From contig CAZEXR010000001.1 of the NCBI GenBank assembly GCA_964516675.1, forward strand, positions 1 to 39,758: a DNA stretch of 39,758 nt, written 5' to 3'. Made by a program: the position numbers and the translations under genes. A model generated the notes under the pieces. That model was not told where the DNA came from. It saw nothing but the letters and a program-made list of their open reading frames with translations, and made no database searches. Positions within the stretch are counted from its first letter, which is position 1; every line of letters starts with the position of its first letter. Positions 1-9,270 of this stretch are shown in pieces. This stretch comes from an uncultured Enterobacterales bacterium (GTDB taxonomy: Bacteria > Pseudomonadota > Gammaproteobacteria > Enterobacterales > Succinivibrionaceae).

Positions 1-80
1 TTGATGCTCTAAAATTTTGTCATTTTTAGCTGCTTATGATCCTGTATATGAAAAATCTTAAAATTATTTAATTTTAAGTG

Positions 81-109
81 TTGACACATTGATATTTCAC
101 ATCTATAAT
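81..109 (+). promoter_or_regulatory. sigma70 promoter of the tRNA-Asn pair
   Basis: Perfect TTGACA (81-86), 17-nt spacer, TATAAT (104-109). AT-rich upstream region; 20 nt before the first tRNA. Confidence 0.9.
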
Positions 110-129
110 TAGTTCCGTTTTCAAGGTGT

Positions 130-205
130 TCCTCCTTAGTTCAGTCGGTAGAACGGCGGACTGTTAATCCGTATGTCGCAGGTTCAAGTCCCGCAGGAGG
201 AGCCA
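130..205 (+). tRNA. tRNA-Asn(GTT), copy 1
   Basis: 76 nt; acceptor stem TCCTCCT/AGGAGGA, anticodon loop CTGTTAA, TTCAAGT T-loop, encoded CCA. Closely resembles gammaproteobacterial tRNA-Asn. Confidence 0.98.
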
Positions 206-226
206 TGAATAACACACTTTTTGAGT

Positions 227-302
227 TCCTCCTTAGTTCAGTCGGTAGAACGGCGGACTGTTAATCCGTATGTCGCAGGTTCAAGTCCCGCAGGAGGAGC
301 CA
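227..302 (+). tRNA. tRNA-Asn(GTT), copy 2
   Basis: Identical 76-nt copy after a 21-nt spacer. Confidence 0.98.
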
Positions 303-327
303 AAAGCTCCAAATCAAAAAGAAAAAA

Positions 328-356
328 TAAAGCAACCATTTAGGTTGTTTTTTTTT
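328..356 (+). terminator. intrinsic terminator after the tRNAs
   Basis: AAAAGCAACC-attta-GGTTGTTTT hairpin followed by a T run. Confidence 0.75.
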
Positions 357-443
357 GTTCTTTTCTTTACCAAGATCCCATTCTATAATTATCATCTTGA
401 TTACTTTGTGGTACTTTAATTGAGTATTGCTAGGAGAATAAAA

Positions 444-1001
444 ATGAAAAAGGCATTAGTTGTTTATACAAACGGTACTGAAGATATTGAAGTTACAGCT
501 ACTGTTGATGTATTACATCGTGGTGGAGTGGAAATTGTAAAAGCAGCTGTTACCGACGATACCTCAAGAAATGTTACGTTAGCACATGGAACATCTGTTA
601 ATTGTGATTTATCAATTGATGAGGTAAATGACACTTTTGACATTATTGTACTTCCTGGTGGTCCAGGAACTGCAAACCTAAATAAATCTACAAAACTATT
701 TGAATTACTTTTAGCTCAAAAGGTTTCAAGAAGATACATAGGAGCAATTTGTGCTGCTCCTGGTATAGTTCTATACCCTTATGGCATTATCGATGACTTA
801 ACAAGAGCTACAGTCTACCCCGGTTGTGAAAATGGTAAGACCAACTTTTCTAAAAAAGGAGTTGAAGTATCTGATGATGGTTTAGTTATCACAGGAAAAG
901 CACCTGGATATGCCATTAGTTTTGCTTTAACTATATTAAAGGCTTTAGAAGGACCAGAAAGAGCAGAAAAAGTTGCTGCAGATATGATGTTCCAAGAATA
1001 A
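444..1001 (+). CDS. DJ-1/PfpI family protein (YajL/ThiJ-like)
   Basis: GTEDIE glutamate, VLPGGPG loop and nucleophile elbow GAICAAP. ATG at 444 follows AGGAGA, so it is preferred over TTG 420. Confidence 0.9.
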   Translation: MKKALVVYTNGTEDIEVTATVDVLHRGGVEIVKAAVTDDTSRNVTLAHGTSVNCDLSIDEVNDTFDIIVLPGGPGTANLNKSTKLFELLLAQKVSRRYIGAICAAPGIVLYPYGIIDDLTRATVYPGCENGKTNFSKKGVEVSDDGLVITGKAPGYAISFALTILKALEGPERAEKVAADMMFQE

Positions 1002-1038
1002 ATAAAAGGCGCTATTTTATTTTACCGCCTCTCTCCTT

Positions 1039-1063
1039 TTTACAACTACTCTCGTGTTGTAAA
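1039..1063. terminator. hairpin between convergent genes (possible terminator)
   Basis: TTTACAAC-9nt-GTTGTAAA inverted repeat, with a weaker AGGCG/CGCCT stem just before it. Confidence 0.45.
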
Positions 1064-1091
1064 TGTTTGTTTGCTTGTTATCTTTTAAACT

Positions 1092-1385
1092 CTAATCGTA
1101 ATCGCACCATGGACCATGTCTGTGTTCATGAAAACGTCTTGGGCCATGATCAAAATAGTGAGGATGTCTTGGTTCGTGGTTATAGCCATATCTTGCACCT
1201 GGACCTCTATGATGAGCTCTGTGATGTCTTACAGGACCTGGACCATAATTATTTCCATTAGATGTGTTATAGGAAAATGATGTTCCATTATTCTGATAGT
1301 AAAAACCAATATTCTCATCAGCAAAAGAAACAGAACATAGGCCAACTAATAATGTAGCACCTAATAAACAATTTCTTAAATTCAT
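1092..1385 (-). CDS. small secreted His/Arg/Gly/Pro-rich protein
   Basis: AAGGAG RBS; Sec signal peptide ending VSFA|DE; 11 His and 8 Arg in the last 50 aa. Confidence 0.8.
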   Translation of the reverse strand: MNLRNCLLGATLLVGLCSVSFADENIGFYYQNNGTSFSYNTSNGNNYGPGPVRHHRAHHRGPGARYGYNHEPRHPHYFDHGPRRFHEHRHGPWCDYD

Positions 1386-1485
1386 ACAAAACTACTCCTT
1401 GTGTGGTTTGTTCTGATGTCTTAATAATAGATGTTATAGCTTAGATATAACTTAGTTAAGGAATATTTTTAGTGCTTGTCATAAT

Positions 1486-1528
1486 AAAAAAGGTAATTAA
1501 CATTTTGATTTTTATGTTAATTACCTTT
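1486..1528 (-). terminator. intrinsic terminator of the tamA-tamB-Lon-like operon
   Basis: Perfect 15-bp inverted repeat AAAGGTAATTAACAT/ATGTTAATTACCTTT with a T run on the minus strand. Confidence 0.8.
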
Positions 1529-1567
1529 AACAAATATACAAAGCTACAATTTAATTGAATTTGTATG

Positions 1568-3142
1568 TTAAAAGAATTTCCACCAAGGACGAGCAACTTT
1601 ATCTGCTGCAATTTCATCTAGTCTTTCACAGATCTTAAAGCAAATAGAGTCTGGAGTTTCGCCATCTCCCCAAGGAGTCTTTAATAGAACTTTTGCAGCA
1701 CCTGTTACATGACCTACTACATAAATATGGAACTTACCATCCTTTACAGCCTTCATAACAGATGAACGAAGCACTAACTGATGCACACAAGAGCAAGGAA
1801 TAATGACGCCTTGAGTTCCTGTTAATCCATTAAGTCTACATATTTTAAAGAAGCCTTCGATCTTCTCGTTAACGCCGCCAACAGGCTGAACATCACCGAA
1901 TTGGTCTACAGCACCTGTAACGGCCAAATCTTGGCGTATAGGTAAATCAGAAAAACTTGAGATAACAGCACAAAGACCTGTAAGAGATGCAGAGTCACCA
2001 TCAATCTCAGAATAAGATTGCTCAAATACTAAGCTTGCGGTTACTGGGATTGGCTGAACAGATCCAAATTCGTTAGATAAAAAGCCATTGATGATCATCA
2101 TTGCTTTAGCATGAATTTGACCTGCTAATTCGGCTTTTCTCTCAATATCAATTACATCGCCATCACCACCTGCTCTTAAGGTAGCTGTGATTCTGACAGG
2201 TTCTCCATATTCATAAGAGGTACCTGTAGTTTCAATAACACTAAGACCATTGATCTGGCCTGTAACCTCACCTTCTGTTGCAAGTAAAATTTGCTCATCA
2301 CGGTGATTTCGTAATTCTGATTCTGCTAAATAATTTAGTCTAAAATCATCTGCACCAATAGCCTTTAAAACATTCTTAGAAGTTACTAATTCCCCTTTTG
2401 CATAATGATTTGCATCAATTACTAGAGAATTAAGTTTAATCTCAGGAATGCCAAGCCATCTTCTATCTCCACTTTGTCGACAAGCCCAGACGCAAAGTAT
2501 CAAAATAGCATCTTTATCAAAATCTTTTAAAGTATGGAGGTTGACATAATTTTTAACTAGCGCGCTCATAAGAGCTACACCACCTACAATTGGAAATTCC
2601 ATTACAATGTCAGCACGTAATGCAGTTTCAACAGTAGGCCAAAGAATTTCAAGATTAGCGCAATCGGTTGCATCACCACAAAGAATTAGCTTAAGACCTG
2701 AATTGACAGACAAGCTTTCTGCAAGCTTATTAAGCCATTTAGCATGATCAACAATATGAGAAATTTGAAGGATTAAAAAGTTTGATTTAGATAAAAGGCC
2801 TTCAGTTTTATCATCCCCAAATAGTTCTTTCTTTGAAGGTGCATATGAAACTTTTGCGCTTGATGAAGTATTTTCTTTGACCAAATTATAGGCAAGCTCA
2901 ATAGTATTAACCTTAGAGCAGCCACAAAGTAATAAAACATTAGTTTTACTATTTCTATCTAAAGCTTTAATCGCATTTTTTGCTCTTAACTGTAAAGATG
3001 CAAAAGAACGTGCCTTAACTGTCTTTGTACAGTCAAAATCTGTTTTATCAAGCTTAGTTAAAAGATCGTTGTATTCTAATTCAACAACTGCGTCTTCAGC
3101 TTCATGAGCTTCTTGAGTATTTTCAGTAAATACGTATTTCAA
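1568..3142 (-). CDS. Lon-family S16 protease, YcbZ-like, with degenerate AAA region
   Basis: GQINGLSV, FEQSYSEIDGDSAS (catalytic Ser) and PVGGVNEKIEGFF (catalytic Lys); no Walker A. Start is uncertain: TTG 3142 avoids overlap with tamB, but the ORF extends to 3172. Confidence 0.85.
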   Translation of the reverse strand: MKYVFTENTQEAHEAEDAVVELEYNDLLTKLDKTDFDCTKTVKARSFASLQLRAKNAIKALDRNSKTNVLLLCGCSKVNTIELAYNLVKENTSSSAKVSYAPSKKELFGDDKTEGLLSKSNFLILQISHIVDHAKWLNKLAESLSVNSGLKLILCGDATDCANLEILWPTVETALRADIVMEFPIVGGVALMSALVKNYVNLHTLKDFDKDAILILCVWACRQSGDRRWLGIPEIKLNSLVIDANHYAKGELVTSKNVLKAIGADDFRLNYLAESELRNHRDEQILLATEGEVTGQINGLSVIETTGTSYEYGEPVRITATLRAGGDGDVIDIERKAELAGQIHAKAMMIINGFLSNEFGSVQPIPVTASLVFEQSYSEIDGDSASLTGLCAVISSFSDLPIRQDLAVTGAVDQFGDVQPVGGVNEKIEGFFKICRLNGLTGTQGVIIPCSCVHQLVLRSSVMKAVKDGKFHIYVVGHVTGAAKVLLKTPWGDGETPDSICFKICERLDEIAADKVARPWWKFF

Positions 3143-3158
3143 ATAATTGCCTTTAATA

Positions 3159-6100
3159 TTAGTTTGTCTCAAAACTGTAAATCAAATCTACAGAATGATC
3201 CATTGATGAAATAAATTCAATATATAACCTTCTAACAAGCTCATATCGAACTTTAAATTCATTTACAGAGTTATATACACCATATCCATAAGATAAGCGC
3301 ATTTTGTTAGTCAAATATGTCTGAACTTCAACCTGAGTTTCATTTCCAGAACCTGATGAACCTAACTGAACTCCATCCATGCCAAATATTCCTACAACAG
3401 AATTTAAAATATCTGTAGTAGTACCTAATCCAAGAGACATAAGTAACTGTGTGCTAGTACCGTCTGAATTTGTAACAGAATTATTCTTCTCTAAACCATG
3501 ACCATATAACAAATAGGATAAAATTTCATTCTTACTCATAGCAGGTTTTGAGAATAAAGTTACAGTTGGATGCTCTGCTGTTCCTGTTACCTTTACACCA
3601 GCTAAAACTTCATCATCCATTGTTGAAGGATCTGCTACAACCTCTACATATAATTTAGGATTGTTTATCGAATCCTTAAAGATTGCATCTGCTATATTGA
3701 AAATAAACTTATGTCCATATAAATCAGCTGATGCATGGTCTAAAGAAATCTTGCCTTGGGCCATAACCTTTTTGGAAAGTTCCTTTTTGCTAACGATAAT
3801 GCCACCCACTGCGTTTGCTCTAAGCCCCATCGCATTAACTTTTACATCATCACCTAGAGTAACACCAACTTCAATTTCCATGTCATTATTAAGTGTTGAG
3901 GCTTTCTTTTTATCTAAAACTAATCCATGCAAGTTTGTATTAGAATCAACAAAGATTTCATCCTTTGAAGGCTCAATCATATCTGTATCTAGATTTTTGA
4001 ATTTAATAAGAGCTGAAGGAATATCTACATTTCCTGTTACCTTTATTATTCTATCGATAGTTGCAACTGTATGGATATTAACAAGTGCTTCACCATAAGA
4101 TAATAAGAATACAGGTAATTTATCAGCATCTAAACTAATCCTTCCTTTAGGACCTTCAACCCAATCTAAATTACCTTTGATATTTATATCCGTCTCATTT
4201 AATGTAAATACACCATCTAAAGAGCCATGATCTCCATTTGCATTTACAAGTAAATTAAATTTATTAAAAGTACCTATGCTATAGCTTGGATCAGCACTTC
4301 CTTTAACCTTAATCTGACCAAAGAATAATGGATTAGCAAGAGTTCCATCTAATGAGCCTTTTACATTTGCTTTTCCATCTAAGGCATTAAGAGATTTAGA
4401 TACAGCTGTAAACATTTCTAGATTTAAGTCTTTTAGGTTTATGTTTCCTGAAAGTTTTTTACTATTATAAATGTCACTAACTTGTGTTGAGATGTCTAAA
4501 GTACCTTGATTTTTAGATAGGCTAACGTTTATATCAGAACTAAACAGTGCTTTGTTAATATCAAGTTTTAAAGAAACTTTATCGTAAGGTAATAAAGCAG
4601 AATATGCCTGAATCTGACCACCTGTTGCAGTAACTCGAGCTTGTATTTCAGGTACTTGATTTACAAACTTGATATCAGAATGTAAAGACATCATACCCGT
4701 AGGCTGAATATCATTTGGGAAATAACGCTGAATAGTTTCTAGGTTTACCTTTTGTAAATCTAAAGAGGTTGATATCGTATTTGGAGAAAAAATAACATCT
4801 GAGGTTTTAGCAATTGCAATGCCATCTGACAAGATAATCTTTGAAATTCTTCCGCTTTGTTTTTTTAAGTTGTAATGAACATCTACAGGTTCTTTTAAAA
4901 CAATCGGATCTACGATGTTGCTAACCAACATCATATTAGATACGTTAGCATTATAATCTTTTGTTTTTTCATTATAGTGGCCTTGAGCTGAGATATAGCT
5001 ACCAGTGCCAGAACCACAAGAGAAGGTCAATCTATGGTCTAAAAGGTCACCAGATAAATCAAATGAACACTTTCTATAAGGCTTTAAGAAGCTACCAACT
5101 CTTAAAGAATTCGACATCACAGATATATTTAGATACTTATTACTAAAATCCAGAGTACTATCAAAGACTAGTTTTGACACTGATATATCTTTGTTTTTAA
5201 TTAAGCCAGAGCGTCCTGCTAGGTTAATTGAAGGCTCTTTAAGGTCACCTTCTACTCTCATACGACCAGTAATAGATCCAGAAAACTCAGGGAATATTTT
5301 TTCTAGATTTGAAATATTCACACTGCCATTTAGTAAAGAATTTTTACTAATAGAGCCTGCTAAGTTAATCTTATTGTCGTCCTGAACAAACTTAATTGAA
5401 TCAACTTCGAAACCTTCGTCGATGTCTCCAATTAGATTCTCAAAATCTAAACTTGCCTTATGTCCATTAAGATAAAAATTACTATTTAATTTATCAATAC
5501 GGACCAATAAAGTATCTAAATTTTCAGCAAAGGATAAATCGATGTCTGATTGGAGGGATAAGCTTCCAGCTAGAGACTCTGATAAATCTTTAGCATCACC
5601 AGCTTTAAAAGAAACATTACCTAAAAAGCGATTTTCAGTTTCAAATTCAAAATCACCATCCACAGAGCCATGAACTTTTCTATTACCTAATAAACCATCA
5701 AGTTTAAAAGCGTTGATATGAGCATTTTTAGTTGTTAAGGCTGTGTCTAATAGAACATTAGTTTTAGTAAAACCATGTCCTGAAATCGAAGATGAAAGAT
5801 TAACACCTAGTTGAGTAAAAATAGCACCTTCTATTTTCAGTTTTGTATTTGTAAAAGATATGCCATTTTTATCTAAGTCAGAGTCTTGAACAGAGGCTGA
5901 CAAATTCTTTTCGATTTTATCAATTGCATCAATTAAATTCTCGGTGTTTTGTGTCGAGAATATTGAGGTATGCTGATGAAGAGCTTTTGCTTTTTCTTTT
6001 ACATTTAAAGGATACTTTAAAACAGGAGCTTCAATAGATAAGAAACAAGGCACCTCGTCTGACAAGGTATTCATCCTTGCAATAATTTTGATTTTTTCAG

Positions 6101-7127
6101 GACTTGTAGCGTTTGCATCTAAATTAAGATCAACAAGACTACCTTTTAAAGTAAAATTTCCTTCTAAACCATACAAAGCAGAATCATAGTTAGATAAGTT
6201 GTACTTTGATTTACTACCCTTAGCATGAACTTCAAAATCAGTATTGTAGTAATCAATAAAATCCATTGTTCCACTAACATCAACTTCACCTAATTGATGT
6301 TTTGCTTTTACAGAAAAAACCTGTAAAAGAGTATGTTCCCATAAGGCATTAACCTCAGCATCAAAATAGCCTGAATCGTAACTATCCTGATAGTATCTTC
6401 CGTGATGCAAAGTTAAATTGTAAAAAGCAGGATCTAAAGGCAAATCAATATCAGTGATTTTTTCAATTGCACCATTGCCATTATCGTATGTCAAAATTGT
6501 AGGGAGCTTTTCTGAAGGAATACCATCGCCTTCATACTTTAAATGAACTAATGGGTCGAAGGCTTCGCCTTTTGTAACAGAAGCGTATGAATCATGAGCC
6601 TCTAGCTCAAGTTTTGCTCTTGGAACAAATACATCAACAACATCAGAGAGGTAGGCAAAATCTTTTACCTCTACATCATTAGCTTTGATTTTAACTAAAA
6701 AGTCTAATCTAAAAGGATCTGAGTTATCCTCGACTAAAGGAGTTGGATCTTCTTCTCCATCATCTCCCTTATAGGTTAATTCAACCTCAAGTTTATCTGT
6801 CTTTAAATGCTCAATTAAAAAAACGTCTTTTAAAAAGTAATTTGAAACACTGTAACTTAAATCAATTTTATTAGCTCTTACAATTACAATGTCAAAAACA
6901 TTAACCTCAAAATAGTCATCAAGCTTTAGACCATGAAGCAAGTCGCCATTTGTAATATTGGCTGTTATCTTTAGAGTATCTGAAAAATAGTCATTAACTT
7001 TTGAAACAGCAAAACGCATACCTGCAGTTGTTGCTAGTAAAAAATACAAGGCACAGAAAATGACTACAAAGAGACTTATAAATGAATAAGCTATGAACTT
7101 TACAATTTTCTTTGTCGATACTTTCAT
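3159..7127 (-). CDS. tamB: translocation and assembly module TamB
   Basis: 1322 aa; N-terminal TM anchor, long beta-rich body, DUF490-like C-terminus (LFSKPAMSKNEILSYLLYG...VDLIYSFE); directly downstream of tamA. Confidence 0.9.
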   Translation of the reverse strand: MKVSTKKIVKFIAYSFISLFVVIFCALYFLLATTAGMRFAVSKVNDYFSDTLKITANITNGDLLHGLKLDDYFEVNVFDIVIVRANKIDLSYSVSNYFLKDVFLIEHLKTDKLEVELTYKGDDGEEDPTPLVEDNSDPFRLDFLVKIKANDVEVKDFAYLSDVVDVFVPRAKLELEAHDSYASVTKGEAFDPLVHLKYEGDGIPSEKLPTILTYDNGNGAIEKITDIDLPLDPAFYNLTLHHGRYYQDSYDSGYFDAEVNALWEHTLLQVFSVKAKHQLGEVDVSGTMDFIDYYNTDFEVHAKGSKSKYNLSNYDSALYGLEGNFTLKGSLVDLNLDANATSPEKIKIIARMNTLSDEVPCFLSIEAPVLKYPLNVKEKAKALHQHTSIFSTQNTENLIDAIDKIEKNLSASVQDSDLDKNGISFTNTKLKIEGAIFTQLGVNLSSSISGHGFTKTNVLLDTALTTKNAHINAFKLDGLLGNRKVHGSVDGDFEFETENRFLGNVSFKAGDAKDLSESLAGSLSLQSDIDLSFAENLDTLLVRIDKLNSNFYLNGHKASLDFENLIGDIDEGFEVDSIKFVQDDNKINLAGSISKNSLLNGSVNISNLEKIFPEFSGSITGRMRVEGDLKEPSINLAGRSGLIKNKDISVSKLVFDSTLDFSNKYLNISVMSNSLRVGSFLKPYRKCSFDLSGDLLDHRLTFSCGSGTGSYISAQGHYNEKTKDYNANVSNMMLVSNIVDPIVLKEPVDVHYNLKKQSGRISKIILSDGIAIAKTSDVIFSPNTISTSLDLQKVNLETIQRYFPNDIQPTGMMSLHSDIKFVNQVPEIQARVTATGGQIQAYSALLPYDKVSLKLDINKALFSSDINVSLSKNQGTLDISTQVSDIYNSKKLSGNINLKDLNLEMFTAVSKSLNALDGKANVKGSLDGTLANPLFFGQIKVKGSADPSYSIGTFNKFNLLVNANGDHGSLDGVFTLNETDINIKGNLDWVEGPKGRISLDADKLPVFLLSYGEALVNIHTVATIDRIIKVTGNVDIPSALIKFKNLDTDMIEPSKDEIFVDSNTNLHGLVLDKKKASTLNNDMEIEVGVTLGDDVKVNAMGLRANAVGGIIVSKKELSKKVMAQGKISLDHASADLYGHKFIFNIADAIFKDSINNPKLYVEVVADPSTMDDEVLAGVKVTGTAEHPTVTLFSKPAMSKNEILSYLLYGHGLEKNNSVTNSDGTSTQLLMSLGLGTTTDILNSVVGIFGMDGVQLGSSGSGNETQVEVQTYLTNKMRLSYGYGVYNSVNEFKVRYELVRRLYIEFISSMDHSVDLIYSFETN

Positions 7128-7129
7128 AT

Positions 7130-8950
7130 TTAGAACTCAGGACCAAATAGCAAGTGTAATTTAAACTGATTATTCTTTGAATGTCTGTCCATTCCGTATG
7201 CCAAATCAACTTTGATTAAACCAAATGATGATTGGTATCTATAACCAATACCTGGTCCTAATAAAAGATGTCTATTTTTATAATCATTAGTGCAAACAGC
7301 CGCATCTAAAAATACAGCTCCACGACTATTCTTAAAACCAATTGGGAACATAAATTCAGTTGTAGCAGAGGTTAAATATCTTGAACCTGTGAGTTTACCA
7401 AAAGCATCCCTTGAAGATGCTGACTTATAGCTAAAGCCTCTTAATGTTCTTTCACCACCTGCAAAAAATCTCATTGAAGGAGGAACTTTAAAAGAATCTG
7501 AGCCTATATTGGCGCCTTGAATTAACTTGTACAACACACGAGTATTTACAGAAGGAGACACAATCCCCTTTAAGGTAAACTCAGTATGCCAAAAATTAGC
7601 ATCAGATAGAGCTCTTGAACCAAGTCTATTATCCCATACGATAGAATAACCAGTCTTTGGATCTAGACCGCCTGAAGTGCTTCTTCTTGACAGTTGTAAG
7701 CCTAACATCAAATTAAAAGGTTTTGCTTTTTCAAATCCTTGAGTATAGTTTTCGTATTCAGCTGCCACATAGTAATCTCTTCTCCACACTCCAGTCATAT
7801 TAGCAACATAGTGAAATGAAGCATGAGACACATCTGATAGGTTATCGTTTAGATCAATTCTCGATTGAGATAGTCTTATATAAAAATAATCTAAATTAGG
7901 ATTTTTATGAGGTATTTTGTAAATACCTTGAGCTTCTTTTTTAACTTGAGATGCTCTAACATAAGAGCTAAAAGAATGGCCTTTATCGTTAATTAAAGGC
8001 TTATCCCAACCTGCAAGACCACGAACGCCTTCATCTGTTGATAAGCCAAGACCAAGTCTAAATAAATTCTTTGACTGTCTTTCAAGTTCAACTGATACCG
8101 GAACCTTACCATCTTTGCGTTGCTCTACTAAAGGACGCACATCAACAGAACGATAGAAATTTGTTTGGGATAAAGAAGCTGAAAAAGCAGAAACAGTCTT
8201 TGACGAGAAATTCATCCCTTCATGAAAATTAACTAAAGAGGTTGAAGGCTTTAGTAATTTTTTAGATTTAGCATCAGCTAGAACTGATCCAAATTGATAT
8301 CTTTTACCAGTATCATAGATAAGGACAATATCTGCAGCGTTTTGCTCTTGATATACAAGAATTCTTGCAGATACTAGTTTTGCATCAAAAAAGCCTAACT
8401 CTAATGTTTTTGCCTGTAAATCATCTTTTAATTTCTGATATGAGCCATGATTTAAAAGCTTATATGAGGATATTCCACTTTTACTAATAATATCTTTAAA
8501 AGACTGATAATAGGCACCTTCACCAATAATTTCTATTTGTGCATTTCTAATAAATAAAGGCTTACCTAAATCTACTTTTGCAACTAAATTATGGTCTTTA
8601 GTCTTTTCATTAGGATATTGAATTTCGATTTCAGGGTGATAATAACCAAAAGAATGAACCGCTAAAGTTATCTTATCTGAAATTTCTCTTCCATATAATT
8701 TAGCTCTTGCTTTAGAAATAACAGGAAGTGATGAGAGATAAGCTTCAACGTTGTCTGAAACAGCATCATTTTCAATACCTTTAACTCTTACTTTAATTGC
8801 ATCGGTATAGATACTGTTTTTAATTTTTAAGGGTTTACCATCAGATGAGCAAGCTAAAAGCATTGGTAGAGAAACAACAATAAAGCCTAGACAAAAGAAA
8901 CGACTAATTTCCTTTGCAAGTTTTCCGTATTGTTGTTTTTTCTTTAGCAT
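7130..8950 (-). CDS. tamA: Omp85-family translocation and assembly module TamA
   Basis: POTRA-like N-terminus (SFGYYHPEI, GKRYQFG), lid motif RFFAGGERTLRGF, C-terminal LHLLFGPEF; adjacent to tamB. Confidence 0.92.
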   Translation of the reverse strand: MLKKKQQYGKLAKEISRFFCLGFIVVSLPMLLACSSDGKPLKIKNSIYTDAIKVRVKGIENDAVSDNVEAYLSSLPVISKARAKLYGREISDKITLAVHSFGYYHPEIEIQYPNEKTKDHNLVAKVDLGKPLFIRNAQIEIIGEGAYYQSFKDIISKSGISSYKLLNHGSYQKLKDDLQAKTLELGFFDAKLVSARILVYQEQNAADIVLIYDTGKRYQFGSVLADAKSKKLLKPSTSLVNFHEGMNFSSKTVSAFSASLSQTNFYRSVDVRPLVEQRKDGKVPVSVELERQSKNLFRLGLGLSTDEGVRGLAGWDKPLINDKGHSFSSYVRASQVKKEAQGIYKIPHKNPNLDYFYIRLSQSRIDLNDNLSDVSHASFHYVANMTGVWRRDYYVAAEYENYTQGFEKAKPFNLMLGLQLSRRSTSGGLDPKTGYSIVWDNRLGSRALSDANFWHTEFTLKGIVSPSVNTRVLYKLIQGANIGSDSFKVPPSMRFFAGGERTLRGFSYKSASSRDAFGKLTGSRYLTSATTEFMFPIGFKNSRGAVFLDAAVCTNDYKNRHLLLGPGIGYRYQSSFGLIKVDLAYGMDRHSKNNQFKLHLLFGPEF

Positions 8951-9098
8951 TTTTTAGTAATTACTCTATATATATTAGGTCACTATTATACTAAGAAAAC
9001 GACTTTTTTAACGCTATTTAAAGATAACTAACTAATTAAAAACGAAAAAAAATTGTGGCTAAAAAAGCCATATTTTTATAAAAAAAACGAATTCTAAT

Positions 9099-9111
9099 TA
9101 TCTTATTGATT
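9099..9111 (-). promoter_or_regulatory. IHF-like site upstream of carA
   Basis: Reverse complement AATCAATAAGATA; one mismatch to WATCAANNNNTTR. Confidence 0.45.
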
Positions 9112-9154
9112 TATAAAAAAAAATAATCAAAACAGATATATATCATTTTTTCCC

Positions 9155-9182
9155 TTGAAAAAAAACTAGATTCGTCTAAAAT
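9155..9182 (+). promoter_or_regulatory. putative sigma70 promoter of carAB
   Basis: TTGAAA, 16-nt spacer, TAAAAT; about 90 nt before carA. Confidence 0.45.
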
Positions 9183-9270
9183 ATGCAAGACTAAGATCAC
9201 TAAATAAAAAAAGTTTTTAAATTAGTATCTGCGTCACTTGGTGTACTCAATAACATGTTTGGGGGTCTTT

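Noticed and set aside
130-360. tRNA-Asn as an island integration site, or the tandem copies as a CRISPR-like repeat
   Set aside because: No adjacent integrase and no second tRNA 3' fragment noticed; the repeats are two full tRNAs.
1067-1261. 64-aa His-rich ORF on +
   Set aside because: Antisense shadow of the signal-peptide gene at 1092-1385; TTG start without RBS.
3661-7209. Short ORFs inside tamB/tamA (3661, 4961, 5191, 6994)
   Set aside because: Antisense or off-frame shadows of long conserved genes; no motifs.
9045-9075. TGGCT-AAAAA-AGCCA hairpin and similar TTGGT..GCCAA at ~33794 as inversion endpoints
   Set aside because: Too short and dissimilar to be distinguished from chance.
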